NCBI GenBank assembly: GCA_963838595.1
Contig: CAWIRP010000002.1
Location: forward strand, 299,949 to 363,948
Source: an uncultured Alphaproteobacteria bacterium
Lineage (GTDB): Bacteria; Pseudomonadota; Alphaproteobacteria; Rhizobiales; Xanthobacteraceae
Direction: 5' to 3'
DNA: 64,000 bases
Position numbers and translations under genes: made by a program. The number at the start of each line of letters is the position of its first letter. Positions within the stretch are counted from its first letter, which is position 1. This document shows positions 1-11,745 of the stretch, in pieces. Under the pieces are notes generated by a model that was not told where the DNA came from, did no database searches, and saw only the letters and a list, made by a program, of their open reading frames with translations.

Positions 1-1891
1 TCTGCTCGACGCTGGCGCGGCGCTCGTCGCGCGCGCGCAGCGTGATGGCGAGGCGGCCGGCGTTCGGCGTCGGGTTCATCCGGCTGACGCCGAGGATCGA
101 CACCACGCCGGTGACGTCGGGATCCGGCTTGATCGCGGCCTCGACCTGCGCCTGCAGCCGCTGCATCTGCGCGAACGACACCTCGGTGCCGGCCTCCGAC
201 ACGGCGAGGATCAGGCCGGTGTCCTGCGGCGGCAGGAAGCCCTTGGGGATGATGATGTAGAGCCAGACGGTGGCGACCAGCGTCGCCAGCGTGGTGAGCA
301 GCGTCAGGGTCTGACGGCGCAGCACCCATTCCAGGCTGATGCGGTACTGCTCGACGGTCCAGTCCACCGCATCGTTGAAGAAGCGCGTCACCGCGTTGCC
401 GGCGCTCGCCGCCTGGTGGCGCAGGATGCGGCTGCACATCATCGGCGTCAGCGTCAGCGAGACGATGGCCGAGACCACCACCGCGATGGTCAGCGTGAGC
501 GCGAACTCGCGGAACATGCGGCCGACCAGGCCGGTCATGAACAGCAGCGGGATGAACACCGCGATCAGCGACAGCGTCAGCGAGATGACCGTGAAGCCGA
601 TCTCGCGCGCGCCGCGCAGCGCGGCGTCGAGCGGCGGATTCGCCCTTCTCGATGTGGCGGACGATGTTCTCGATCATGACGATGGCGTCGTCGACCACGA
701 AGCCGGTGCCGATCGTCAGCGCCATCAGCGACAGGTTGTCGAGCGAGAAGCCGGCGAACCACATCACGCCGAAGGTCGCGATCAGCGACAGCGGCAGCGC
801 CACGGCGGCGATGATGGTGGCGCGGATGGTGCGCAGGAACAGCAGCACGACCAGCACGACCAGCACGACGCTGAGCACCAGCGTGAACTGCACGTCGCGG
901 ATCGAGGCGCGGATCGTGGTGGTGCGGTCGTGGACGACGGTGAGGTCGATGCCGACCGGCATGGCGCGCTGCAGCCGCGGCAGCTCGCGCTTGATGCGGC
1001 CGACGGTCTCGATCACGTTGGCGCCGGGCTGGCGCTGGATGTCGATGACGACGGCCGGCGTGCCCTGGTACCAGCCGCCGACCTTGGCGTTCTCCAGCCC
1101 GTCGACCACCTGCGCGACCTCGCCGAGCAGCACCGGCGCGTTGTTGCGGTAGGCGACGATCAGATCGCGGTAGGCCTCGGCGCTGGCGAGCTGGTCGTTG
1201 GTGGCGATGGTGTAGGACTGGTGCGCGCCGTCGAGCGCGCCCTTCGGGCCCGAGACGTTGGCGCCGACGATCGCGAGGCGCAGGTCCTCGAGCCCGAGCC
1301 GTAGGCGGCGAGCCGCGACAGATCGGCCTGGACGCGCACCGCCGGCCGGATGCCGCCCTGGATCGAGACGCGGCCGACGCCGGCGATCTCGCTCAAGCGC
1401 TGCGCCATCAGCGTGTCGGCGAGATCGCTGAGCTGGCGCAGCGCGATCGTCTCCGAGGTCAGCGCCAGCGTGATGATCGGCGCGTCCGCCGGGTTCACCT
1501 TGGCGTAGGTCGGCGGATAGGGAAGATTGCGCGGCAGCGTCGAGCCGGCCGCGTTGATCGCCTGCTGCACGTCCTGCGCGGCGCCGTCGATGTCGCGGTT
1601 GAGGTCGAACTGCAGCGTGACCTGGCTGATGCCGAACGAGCTCGACGAGGTCATCACCGACAGCGACGGGATCTGGCCGAACTGGCGCTCCAGCGGCGCC
1701 GTCACCAGCGCCGCCATGGTGTCGGGGCTGGCGCCCGGAAGCTGGGTCGTGACCTGGATGGTCGGGAAGTCGACCTGCGGCAGCGACGAGACCGGCAGAT
1801 TCCAGTAGCCGAGCCAGCCGCCCAGCATGGTCGCGATGCCAAGCAGCGAAGTCGCGATCGGACGCCGGATGAACGGTGTCGAGACGCTCAT
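1..1891 (-). CDS. mdtB: RND efflux transporter permease (MdtB/MdtC-like), runs off the left window edge, frameshifted
   Basis: N-terminus MSVSTPFIRRPIATSLL...LPQVDFPTIQVTTQLPGASPDTMAALVTAPLERQFGQI, typical of MdtB. Later TM segments (LSLMALTIGTGFVVDDAIVMIEN) are in other frames; indels near 1290 and 640. Confidence 0.85.
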
Positions 1892-3146
1892 AGCTGTGCG
1901 TCGTTCGACGAGACGTGCGAACGCCGCTCGCGGCGCTCCCTCTGGCGGGCCGCCGTCGCGCCGCGGCGCGGCCGCCGGCTCGCTGCCGGGCGCCGGCACC
2001 TGCTCGGCATTCGTCACGATCGACATCGCTGCCGGCGGTGAGGCGGGCGAAGCCGGTCGTCACGACGCGCTCGCCCGGCTCCAGGCCGCTCGCGATCACC
2101 GCCTGGGTCTCGTTCTGCTGCGAGACGGTCACCGGCCGCACCGCGACGGTGTTGTCCGGCTGCACCACGAACACGAAGATGCCGTTCGGGCCGCGCTGCA
2201 CCGCCGCGGTCGGCGCCACCACGACCTGCTGCAAGCGTGTCGACCAGCAGCCGCACGTTGACGAACTGGCCGGGCCAGAGCTGGAGGTCCTTGTTGGGGA
2301 ATTCGGCCTTGAGCTTGATCGTGCCGGTGGTCTGATCGACCTGGTTGTCGACCACCAGCAGCGTGCCGCGGTCGATCACCGTCTTGTTGTCGGCGCCGAA
2401 CACCTCGACCGCCGGCAGCGCCCTTGGCCATCGCGCGGGTGACGTCGGCGAGCTGCTGCTGCGGCAGCGTGAACAGCACCGAGATCGGCCGAAGCTGCGT
2501 GAGCACGACGATGCCGGTCGCATCCGAGCCGCGCACGATGTTGCCCTCGTCGACCTGGCGGATGCCGGTGCGGCCGTCGATCGGCGCGACGATGGTGGTG
2601 TACTGCAGGATGGCGCGGACGTTGTCGATCGCCGCCTGGTCGAGCTTCACCTGCGCCTCGAGCTGCGCGACCGTCGCCTTCTGCGTGTCGAGCTGCTGGC
2701 GCGCGACCGAGTTGATCGCCACCAGCCGCGTGTAGCGCTCGAGATCGATCCTGGCGTTGGCCAGCGTCGCCTCGTCCTGCGCCTTCTTGGCGACCGCCTG
2801 ATCGAGCTGCGCCTGGAAGGTGGTCGGGATCGATCCGCGCCAGCACCTGGCCGCGCTTGACGTCCTGGCCTTCCTTGAAGGCGACCTCGATGAGCTTGCC
2901 TTCGACCTGGGCGCGCACCGTGACGGTGTTGAGCGCCCGCACGGTGCCGACGCCGTCGAGATAGACCGGCACGTCGGCGCGGCTCGACACCGCCGCGATC
3001 ACCGGCACCGGCCCGTCGCCGGCAAAGCCGCCGCGGCCGCCCGGCCGGATCTGCTGCGGCCGCTGGATCTGCGACCAAACGGCGGCCGCGCCGCCCACCA
3101 CGACGACGGTAATGACGGCAATCGCCAGAAATCGCCGTTTGCTCAT
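1888..3146 (-). CDS. mdtA: RND membrane fusion protein (MdtA-like), frameshifted
   Basis: MSKRRFLAIAVITVVVVGG...GVGTVRALNTVTVRAQVEGKL...IVAPIDGRTGIRQVDEGN...LWPGQFVNV across three frames; ATGA overlap with the permease. Confidence 0.85.
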
Positions 3147-3208
3147 CCGATCCAGCCAGAATCGTTCACGCCTTAAACTAACGGCGTAAGCGGCCGATTC
3201 ACAGTACA

Positions 3209-4664
3209 TTACGGAGATTTCATGCGGTCTGGCGAGGGGTTAGGGACCTCGGCCACCCGTTTCGGCGGCAGCGGCCAGCCGCCGCCCAGCGCCGGAACAG
3301 GCTGACCACGGCCTGAAGGCGGGCCAGCCGAGCCTGAGGCTGGTTGTCTTCGGCCTGGAACAAGGACTGCTGGGTGTTCAGCACGGTGACCAGGTCGACC
3401 GCGCCCTCCCGCAGCCGCGTCTCGGAAATCTCGAAGGCGCGGCGCGAGCTTCTCACCACCTCGCGCTGCAGCTGCTCGCGCCGGGCCGATTGCTGCACTG
3501 CGATGAGCGCGCGCTCGACGTCGCCGAACGCGCTGACCACCGGCGCGGCGATAGAGCTGCAGCAATTCGTCCTGACGGCCCCGCTCAAAGTCGAGCTGGC
3601 CCTGCAGCCGCCAGCCGTCGAGCAGCGGCTGAATCACGCCGCCGGCCAGCGTGAAGAATGCCGACTCCGGCCGCATCAGCGTGCGCAGCGCCGCGCTGGC
3701 GTAGCCGCCCTCGCCGGTCAGCGTGATGCTCGGCAGCATCGCCGCGCGCGCGGACTCGACGTTGGCGTTGGCGGCGGCGAGCCGCGCCTCGGCGTCGCGG
3801 ATGTCGGGCCGCTGCGTCAGCAGATCGGACGGCAGGCCCGGCGTCACCGGCGGAATGGCGATCGGTCCCATGCCGGTGGTGCGGACATTGACATGCGCGG
3901 GCGCGCGGCCGATCAGCACCGCCAGCGTCGCGACGTTCTCGCGCAACTGCTGTTCGAGCAGCGGCAGCGCGGCGCGCACCTGATTGACCACGCTTTCCTG
4001 CTGCGCGGTGTCGAGCGCGGACGCGGTGCCGACCTTGAAGCGCTCGTCGACCAGCTTGTAGACGCGGGTCGCCGCAGCGAGGTTGTTGCGCGCGGTGTCG
4101 CAGCCGGTCGTACGCCGACTGCACCAGGAAATAGGCATTGGCGACGCGAGGCCACCGTGGTCAGCGCCACCACCTCGCGGTCGAACCGGCTCGCCACCGC
4201 GAGCTCCTCCGCCGCGCGCAGCGCCGCGCGGTTCTTGCCCCAGAAGTCGATCTCGTAGCTCGCGCTGAGCGACATGCTGTAGCTGGTGCGCTCGGCCGGT
4301 CCGCTGATGCCGCCGACGCCGCCGGTGCCGGTGGTCTGCGAGGAGCGCGAGCGCGACGCCGCTGGCGTTGAAATCGATCGCCGGGACCAGCGGCGCGCCG
4401 GCGATCCGCGACAGCGCATCGGCCTGCAGGATGCGGGCGACCGCGGCGGCGATGTCGAGGTTGGAGGTCAGCGCCTCCTCGATCAGGTCGGTCAAGTTGC
4501 TTGGCGCGAAAGCCGCGCCACCAGATCACCGAGGGCAGCGCCGCGTCCTGGTCGTGCGGCGCCATGCGGTAGCGCGCCGGAACGTCGAGCGCGGCGTCGG
4601 GCTTCTCCGTGCCGAGCAGGCAGCCGCCCAGCGCCGGCGCAAGGCCAAGGCAAATAAACGCCAT
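3209..4664 (-). CDS. Outer membrane efflux lipoprotein (NodT/OprM family), frameshifted
   Basis: Lipobox LAPALGGC, then WWRGF, SYEIDFWGK, PGLPSDLLTQRPDIRDAEARLAAANA. Start could alternatively be 4721. Confidence 0.85.
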
Positions 4665-4857
4665 CGCGGCGGAACGAACGCGCCTCGACAACGCAGGACG
4701 CTGCGACCCTGACCGACGCATACGGACTCGAGCTGTTTGGACGCGACCCGACGCGACACGCGCGCCTGGACCAGCCGCGCGCAAGCCAAAAAGGCTACCA
4801 ACCAATCCGCAGCGGACCCAACTAAATAAACGGCAATGTATGGCCTGTGGAAAGATT

Positions 4858-4895
4858 GCGGCGCGGCGGAACCGCTGCCGGTTCCGCCGCGCCGC
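4858..4895 (-). terminator. Perfect 17-bp stem hairpin, likely terminator of the ABC binding-protein gene
   Basis: GCGGCGCGGCGGAACCG-ctgc-CGGTTCCGCCGCGCCGC, 35 bp downstream of the stop at 4931 and followed by AATCTTT on the minus strand. Confidence 0.6.
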
Positions 4896-4930
4896 TCTGA
4901 ACAACTCGATCAAAGGCTTAGAGCGCCGCC

Positions 4931-5892
4931 TTATTTCGCCGGCTTGTAGACGATGTCGATCATGCCTTCGACATCCTTCGCCGTCTTCGCCGACGGGATG
5001 AACTTGTAGTCGAGCGCATCCTTGAGGGTGCGCTCCAGGTCGCGGATCTCGCCCATCTGCATCGCCGCCTTGGGGTAGTACTCGTCGACGCCCTGCTTGG
5101 CGACTGCCACCGGAACCTTCATGTTCTTGGCGAACATCTCGATCGCCTGCGGATCGGAATAGGCCCAGTCGATCGACTTGGCATAGACCTCCATGAACTT
5201 GGTGATCGCGGCGCGCTTGGTCTTGAGGATTTCGGTGTTCGCGATGTTGACGCGGATGGTCTGGTTGCGCATCTCCACCACGTCGTTGGCGCGCGCGATG
5301 ATCCGGCGCTTGCCCTCCTGCACGTCCTGCAGGCCGAGCGGCACCACCGACCAGCCGACGTCGATCTGTCCGGTCATGACCTGCGTGGTGGTGCCGGGAA
5401 CGCCGCCGGTCGCGACCGGCTTGGCCTTGGAGCCGGTCTGCCTGCAGCAGCGCGAGCAGGATCAGATTCGACGACGAGCCGGGCGACGAGAACGCCACGG
5501 TCTTGCCCTCCGGCACCTCCTCGAGCGTCTTGTACGGGCTGTCGGACTTGACCCACCAGAACAGCTCGGTGGCGCCGGTCATCTCCGCCGAGATGATCTT
5601 GATCGGCGCGCCCTTCACATAGGCGCCGACCACGCCGAGCGTGCCGTTGGAAAGCGCGATGTCCACGCTGCCCGACACGCGCCGCGGTCAGCGTCTGCGC
5701 GCCGCCGTCGGTCCAGAAGATTTCGACCTCGAGGCCGGCTTCCTTGAAGAAGCCGGCGGCCTGGCCGAACTCGACCCACGAGCTGTCCCAGAAGCCGCGC
5801 TGCGGGATCGCCACCTTGAGCTTCTCCTGCGCGAAGCCCGTGCTGGTCGCCGCGATCCATACGGCGAGTGCGGCCAGGATCGACTTCACCAT
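4931..5892 (-). CDS. ABC transporter substrate-binding protein (NMT1/SsuA/THI5-like), frameshifted
   Basis: Signal peptide MVKSILAALAVWIAATSTGFA-QEKLKVAIPQRGFWD, GFFKEAGLEVEI, GKTVAFSSPGSSS; RBS GGGAGGA. Confidence 0.8.
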
Positions 5893-6025
5893 TGCATTCC
5901 TCCCTGAGCGGCCGAGTGACCGCGTCTTTCTTGTCCGATTGGCCGGCATATTGCCCACTTGCCAACGGCGGCACAATCGCCGCAGCCCGTACCGCGTGCG
6001 GCGGCTGGCCGCTGCATTTGGCTTT

Positions 6026-6871
6026 CTACCGCTCGTCGACGATGCGGGTGCGCAGCGTGCCGATGCTGCTGATCTCGACCTCCAGCACGTCGCCGGCCTT
6101 CATCCAGAGCGGCGGCTTGCGGCCGTGGCCGACACCTTCCGGCGTGCCGGTGGCGATGATGTCGCCGGGATGCAGCTGCGTGAACTGCGAGCAGAACGAG
6201 ATGATCTGCGGCATCGAGTAGATCATCTGGTCGGTGCCGGAGTGCTGCACCTGCTGGCCGTTGAGCCGCGTGGTCAATGTGAGCTTGGTCGGATCGGGGA
6301 TTTCGTCGGTGGTGACGATCCACGGCCCGAGCGGCCCGGTGCCGGGCCAGTTCTTGCCGGAGGTGACGGAGAACTTCTGATAGTCGCGCACGCTGCCGTC
6401 GACAAAGCAGGTGTAGCCGGCGACGTGATCGAGCGCGCGCTCGATCGGGATATCGCGGCCGCCCTTGCCGATCACCACGGTGAATTCGCCCTCGAAGTCG
6501 AAATTGTCGGAGAGCTTCGGGCGGATCATCTCGCCCTCGTGGCCGACCAGCGTGTCGGTGAAGCGGATGAACATGCTCGGCTGCTTCGGCAGCTCGCGGC
6601 CCACCTCGGCGGCGTGCGAGCGGTAGTTGATGCCGGCGCAGAGGATCTTCTGCGGATCGGGAATGACCGGCAGAAAGTGGATGTCGGCGAGCTTGTGGTC
6701 CGGCTTCGCGGTCTTCGCCAGCGCGCGGATCTCGTCGAGCGCACCGGCGGCGAGCGCCTCGCGCAGCGTCGTGGCGCCGCCCTTGAGGCGTCCGCTTATC
6801 ACAATGACGCCATCGCCCGTCACGACGCCGAATGCCGCTTTTCCGGCGGCAACGAAACTGGCCAGTTTCAT
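6026..6871 (-). CDS. Fumarylacetoacetate hydrolase family protein
   Basis: KILCAGINYRSH, FDFEGE, DGSVRDYQ, GKNWPGTGPLGP, PGDIIATGTPEGVG. Confidence 0.9.
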   Translation of the reverse strand: MKLASFVAAGKAAFGVVTGDGVIVISGRLKGGATTLREALAAGALDEIRALAKTAKPDHKLADIHFLPVIPDPQKILCAGINYRSHAAEVGRELPKQPSMFIRFTDTLVGHEGEMIRPKLSDNFDFEGEFTVVIGKGGRDIPIERALDHVAGYTCFVDGSVRDYQKFSVTSGKNWPGTGPLGPWIVTTDEIPDPTKLTLTTRLNGQQVQHSGTDQMIYSMPQIISFCSQFTQLHPGDIIATGTPEGVGHGRKPPLWMKAGDVLEVEISSIGTLRTRIVDER

Positions 6872-7006
6872 GTCAATCGATCCCCGTGCGCAGTGCGGCC
6901 GGCAGTGTAACAGCCTGCACACGCGGCGAAAGCCGTTCTGAAATCAGGGACATGGCCGCGCATATCCACATCGTACCCGCAATCCACAGCGCCAGGGTGC
7001 GCCGTG

Positions 7007-7032
7007 GGAACAGGACACGGGCTCGTCGCATT
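7007..7032 (+). promoter_or_regulatory. Putative sigma-EcfG (general stress) promoter
   Basis: GGAAC-N17-CATT, ~50 bp upstream of the ATG at 7081; one mismatch to GGAAC-N16/17-CGTT. Confidence 0.45.
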
Positions 7033-7080
7033 CACGTCTTACGTGAGCCCTAGCGTGTGGGGCGACTACAGGAGCAGGTT

Positions 7081-7326
7081 ATGAACCGGTCCCACTATTA
7101 CGTGTTGTTCGACGGCGGCGGCTGGAAGATCCAGTGCGACGGCGAAAACTCGGAACCCTATTCGCGGCGCTACGACGCATTCAAAGACGCGGTCGCGCTC
7201 GCCCATCTCGACGAGACCAACGGCCGCAAGGCCGACGTCATCGTGCAGGGCGAGGACGCCATGTTCCGTCCGGCGTGGGATTCCAGCAAGGACGTCTACC
7301 CGCCACCGCTGGTGCCCGAGCTCTGA
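7081..7326 (+). CDS. DUF2188-like small protein
   Basis: MNRSHYYVLFDGGGWKIQCDGENSEPY...AVALAH...VIVQGED..F...W....YPP; RBS CAGGAG. Confidence 0.65.
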   Translation: MNRSHYYVLFDGGGWKIQCDGENSEPYSRRYDAFKDAVALAHLDETNGRKADVIVQGEDAMFRPAWDSSKDVYPPPLVPEL

Positions 7327-7435
7327 GTGGGCACGCGCCCTGCGGCGCTGCGCCACTAATGGCTAAGGCGCAGCCCTGCTGACGGACGCGGCTGGAATTG
7401 TTACAGTGTGACGTAACGCTAACGAGGCGTTCGTC

Positions 7436-7852
7436 ATGACCATGCCGCCGCAAGCCGCAGCCAGCGCGCGCAAGAAGGCCGAAGGTCTTCGCGTGGTGAT
7501 CGTCGAAGACGAATTGCTGGTGGCATGGCATCTCGAGTCGCTGGTGCGCGACCAGCATCATGAGGTCTGCGCGCTGGTGCCGGACGGCCAGGGCGCCATC
7601 GAGCAGACCGGCGATCTCGACGCCGATCTCGTGCTGATGGACATCCGCCTCGCCGGCCGCATGGATGGCATCGAGGCGGCGCGGCGCATCCGCGAGAGCC
7701 GCGGCACGCCGATCATCTTCATCACCGCGCATGGCGACCCGGCGACGCGCGAGCACATCGAGCGCGTGGTGCCCGGCGCGCCGGTGCTGGCGAAGCCGGT
7801 CACCAGCGACAAGCTGCGCGACGCGATCGCCGCGGTGCGGAAGACGTCTTAG
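7436..7852 (+). CDS. Single-domain response regulator receiver
   Basis: VVIVEDELLVA, LVLMDIRL (phospho-Asp), DGIEAA, IIFITAH, LAKP; no output domain. Confidence 0.9.
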   Translation: MTMPPQAAASARKKAEGLRVVIVEDELLVAWHLESLVRDQHHEVCALVPDGQGAIEQTGDLDADLVLMDIRLAGRMDGIEAARRIRESRGTPIIFITAHGDPATREHIERVVPGAPVLAKPVTSDKLRDAIAAVRKTS

Positions 7853-9546
7853 CTCACCGCCACCGGCGCCAGCGCGTCGATGTCGGTGACGACGTCGATC
7901 ACCGCCGGACGGTTGGCGGCGAGCGCCTGCGCGAGCGCGCTCTCGATCCCGCTCGGATGCTCGACGCGGATGCCGAGCGCGCCCATCTCCTCGGCGATGC
8001 GCGCGAAGTTCGTCTTGCGGAACGTCCACAGCTCGCGCGCCTGCTCGGTCTGCGTGCCGCCATAGACGCGATCGAAGCCGCGCTTCGACTGATTGCCGCC
8101 GCCGTTGTTGTTGACCACGGTGACCGCGTTGATCTTCCAGCGCACCGCCGTCTCGATGTCGCCGATGTGGTACCAGAAGCCGGCGTCGCCGGTGAACGTC
8201 ACCACCGGCCGCTCCGGCGCGCCGCACTTGGCGCCGAGCCCGGCGGGGAACGCCCAGCCGAGATGACCGGCGCTGCGCATGTAGCTCTGGCTCGGCTTCT
8301 TGAGATCGTACATGCCGCCCATCCACATGCCGGCGTGGCCGGTGTCGACCACGACGATGGCGTCGTCGGGCACGTGCTTCGACAGCTCGTGGCAGATGCG
8401 CTCGGGGCGGATCGGCACCGCGTCCGACTCCAGCGCGCCCTTGTACTTGCCGTACCACTCCTTGCAGATCGACTGCGCCTGCTGCGACCCACGCCTTGCG
8501 CTTTGACGCCGTCGACTTGTCGCAAGCCGCCAGCATCTTCGCGAGCGTGACCTTGGCGTCGCCGTTGACGCGCGCCTGCAGCGGATAGTTCATGCCGAGC
8601 GCTTCCGGATCGATGTCGATCTGGATCGACGGCGTGCCGATCTTCGGCACCGCCCAGAAATGCGTGGTCATGCCGCCGGTGGTGGTGCCGATGAAGCAGA
8701 TCAGATCGGCGGCGTTGACGACCTTGTTGGCGCTCTCGCGCGAATAGGTGCCGACCACGCCGAACGACAGCGGATGACTGGCGGTGATCGTGTCCTTGCC
8801 GTTGAGCGAGGTGACGACCGGAATCTGCAGCGCCTCGGCGAGCGCGACCAGCTCGCGCGCCGCGCCGGAATGGCGCACGCCGCCGCCGGCGACGATCACC
8901 GGCTTCGCTGCGCTCCTGCAGCACCTTCAGCGCCGCCAGCACGCTCGCCTGATCCGGCTCCGGCCGGAACGGCGGCACCCGCGCGAACTCCGGCTCGATC
9001 AGCGGCTCCATCTCGCCTTCGTCGCCGTCGACCTGGCCTTCGTTGCCGCGGAATTGCAGATGCACCGGGCCCGGGCCGTCCGCTGGTCGCGACACGGAAC
9101 GCCTGCCGCACCATGTCGGGAAAGCGGTTCACGTCGTCGACCGTGGCGTTCCACTTGGTCACCGGCTCGAACGCCGGCACGTCGTCGACCTCCTGGTAGA
9201 CCTGGCGGAACTTGGTCTTCGGCTCGCGGCCGCCGGTGAAGGCGATCACCGGCGAATGCGCCAGCCAGGCGTCGCGCAGCCCGGCGGCGAGATTGAGCGC
9301 GCCGATCACCTGCGCCATGCAGATGCCGGGCTTGCCGCTGGCGCGCGCGTAGCCGTCCGCCATGTAGGCCGCGGTGGCCTCGCTGTGCACGTGCAGCCGC
9401 TTGATCGAGGTGCGGCTCTCCATCACCGCGAAGGTCTTGCGCAGCACCGCGGGCACGTGAAACACGTGCGTGACGCCGTAGGCCTGCAGCATGTCGGCCA
9501 TGCATTCGGCGCCCAGCATTTTTCGGTTGTGTCCCAGAGTCGTCAT
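7849..9546 (-). CDS. Thiamine diphosphate-dependent enzyme (acetolactate synthase-like), frameshifted
   Basis: HSEATAAYMADGYARASGKPG, GPVHL, ThDP motif GDAGF...VVNNN. Confidence 0.85.
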
Positions 9547-9758
9547 TTCATTGGTCCTGTTTGGCGGGCGGAGGATGGCATGGAATTGCTTCGCGGGCGG
9601 GCTATTGGTGACCGCCGATAACATTTCCCCGGATGGCTGCAATGCAGCAAAAGAGCCCTTGCAGTCTGGCGATTACCAGCGGAACGGCGTTATAAGCCCG
9701 ACCCCTCGTCATATTGCGATGCAGCAATACTGACCTAATCGACCCAAGGAAATACGCC

Positions 9759-11682
9759 ATGTCTCAGGTGAGCGATCCCGTCGGGGACGCCGCGTTTGCT
9801 CGCGCGGATGTCTCCACACACGCCCCGGCGAGCTTCTGGACGCTGACGCTGGGCGCCATCGGCGTCGTGTACTGGGACATCGGCACAAGCCCGCTCTACG
9901 CCATGCGGGAATCCATTGCTGCCGCAGTCGGGGCCGGCAATCCCGCAAACGAAGCAGCCGTGCTTGGCATTCTGTCGCTGATCACGTGGGCGCTCATCCT
10001 GGTCGTCACAGTGAAGTACGTGATGATCCTGCTGCGCGCCGACAACAATGGCGAAGGCGGCACGTTGGCGCTGATGGCATTGGCACAACGCGACACGGCG
10101 AAGCGAGCCGCAACGGCGATCATCGCGATCGGCATTGCCGGCGCAGCATTGTTCTATGGCGACGCTGTCCTGACGCCAGCGCTCTCCGTTTTGTCCGCCG
10201 TCGAGGGACTCAAGATCGTCACGCCAGCGTTCGATCCCTACATCGTTCCCATCGCGGTCGCGATCCTGATTGCACTGTTCGTGGTCCAGTCGCGCGGCAC
10301 CGCCAGCGTTGCGGCGTTGTTCGGGCCGATCACGTTCGTCTGGTTCGTTGCGCTTGCCATCGGCGGCCTGTGGCACATCTCGCAAAATCCCGGGGTGCTG
10401 CGCGCGCTCGATCCGAGCTATGGGCTCGGATTTCTGATCTCGCACCGCATGATCGGCTTGATGACGCTGGGTGCGGTTTTCCTCGCCGTGACCGGCGCGG
10501 AGGCGCTCTACGCCGATCTGGGACACTTCGGCCGCGGCCCGATCCGATTCGCGTGGCTCTCCGTGGCGCTGCCCGCGCTCACGCTCAACTACTTCGGTCA
10601 GGGCGCGCTGCTGCTCACCGATCCCAAGACGATCGAAAATCCCTTCTTCCTGCTGTACCCGGAATGGCTACTGCTGCCGATGGTGCTCCTGGCGACCGCA
10701 GCGACCGTGATCGCAAGCCAGGCCGTGATCACGGGTGCTACTCGCTCACCCGCCAGGCGATCCAGCTCGCTCTGCTGCCGCGGCTCGAAGTCCGGCACAC
10801 TTCGGCCGCGCAGGCCGGACAGATCTACATGCCGCAGGTCAACTGGCTCCTGCTGGCCGGAGTGCTGCTGCTCGTTCTGCTGTTCCGCTCATCGAGCGCG
10901 CTGGCATCCGCCTACGGTATCGCCGTGACCGGCACGATGGTGGTAACGGCGCTCCTTGCCTATGTCGTGATCAACAAGGTCTGGGGCTGGAAGGCGTGGG
11001 CAGCGGCGCTGCTGATCGGGCCGTTTCTGCTGATCGATCTCACATTCCTCGGCGCCAATATGCTCAAGGTGCACGACGGCGGCTGGGTGCCACTGGCGCT
11101 GGGCGGCCTCATCATGGTGCTGATGCTAACCTGGCGGCGCGGCAGCCGCGTCCTGTTCGAGAAGACCCGCAAGACCGAAGTGCCGCTGCAATCCGTCATC
11201 TCGTCGCTTGAGAAGAGGCCTCCGGTGCGCGTCCCCGGCACCGCCGTGTTCCTGACCAGCGATCCGGAGTTCGCGCCGACTGCGCTGATGCACAGCCTCA
11301 AGCACTACAAGGTGCTGCACGAAAAGAACGTGACCCTCACCATCGAAACCGTCGCCACGCCCCGCGTCGATCCAGCCGCCAGCGTGCACATCGAGCGATT
11401 GGGGGAGACGTTCACCCGCGTGGTGCTTCGCTTCGGCTTCATGGAGGCGCCGAACGTGCCGAAGGCGCTGGCCGTGGCACGCCAGCTCGGTGGCAGTTCG
11501 ACATCATGTCGACCTCGTTCTTCGTGTCCCGACGGTCGCTGCGGCCGGCGGCACGTTCCCTCATGCCGCGCTGGCAGGATCGGCTGTTCATCCTGATCTC
11601 GCGCAGCGCCAACGACGCCACGGACTATTTCCAGATTCCTACCGACCGGGTAGTGGAAGTGGGCACCCGGGTCGCGGTGTAG
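9759..11682 (+). CDS. kup: Potassium transporter Kup, frameshifted
   Basis: GVVY(W)[48 protein letters not shown]-terminus [10 protein letters not shown]; indels near 10740 and 11490. Confidence 0.93.
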
Positions 11683-11745
11683 CTTTCCGGCGTTGTTCTG
11701 CCACCGCTTGGCACGCTACGGTGAGCAGCAACACGGGAGGTACGC

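Noticed and set aside
9547-9758. Possible TPP riboswitch upstream of the ThDP enzymes (also 48307-48500), or cobalamin riboswitch near eutB/metE-II
   Set aside because: I could not find the conserved cores (CTGAGA...CCTGA for TPP; GGGAA...GCCACTG for cobalamin) by eye.
9866-9900. Kup signature reads [11 protein letters not shown] instead of [11 protein letters not shown]
   Set aside because: TGG versus GGG is one base in an error-rich sequence and cannot be told from a sequencing error.
11709-11725. TGGCACG as a sigma-54 -24 element upstream of the PanE-like gene
   Set aside because: No TTGC at the required -12 spacing.
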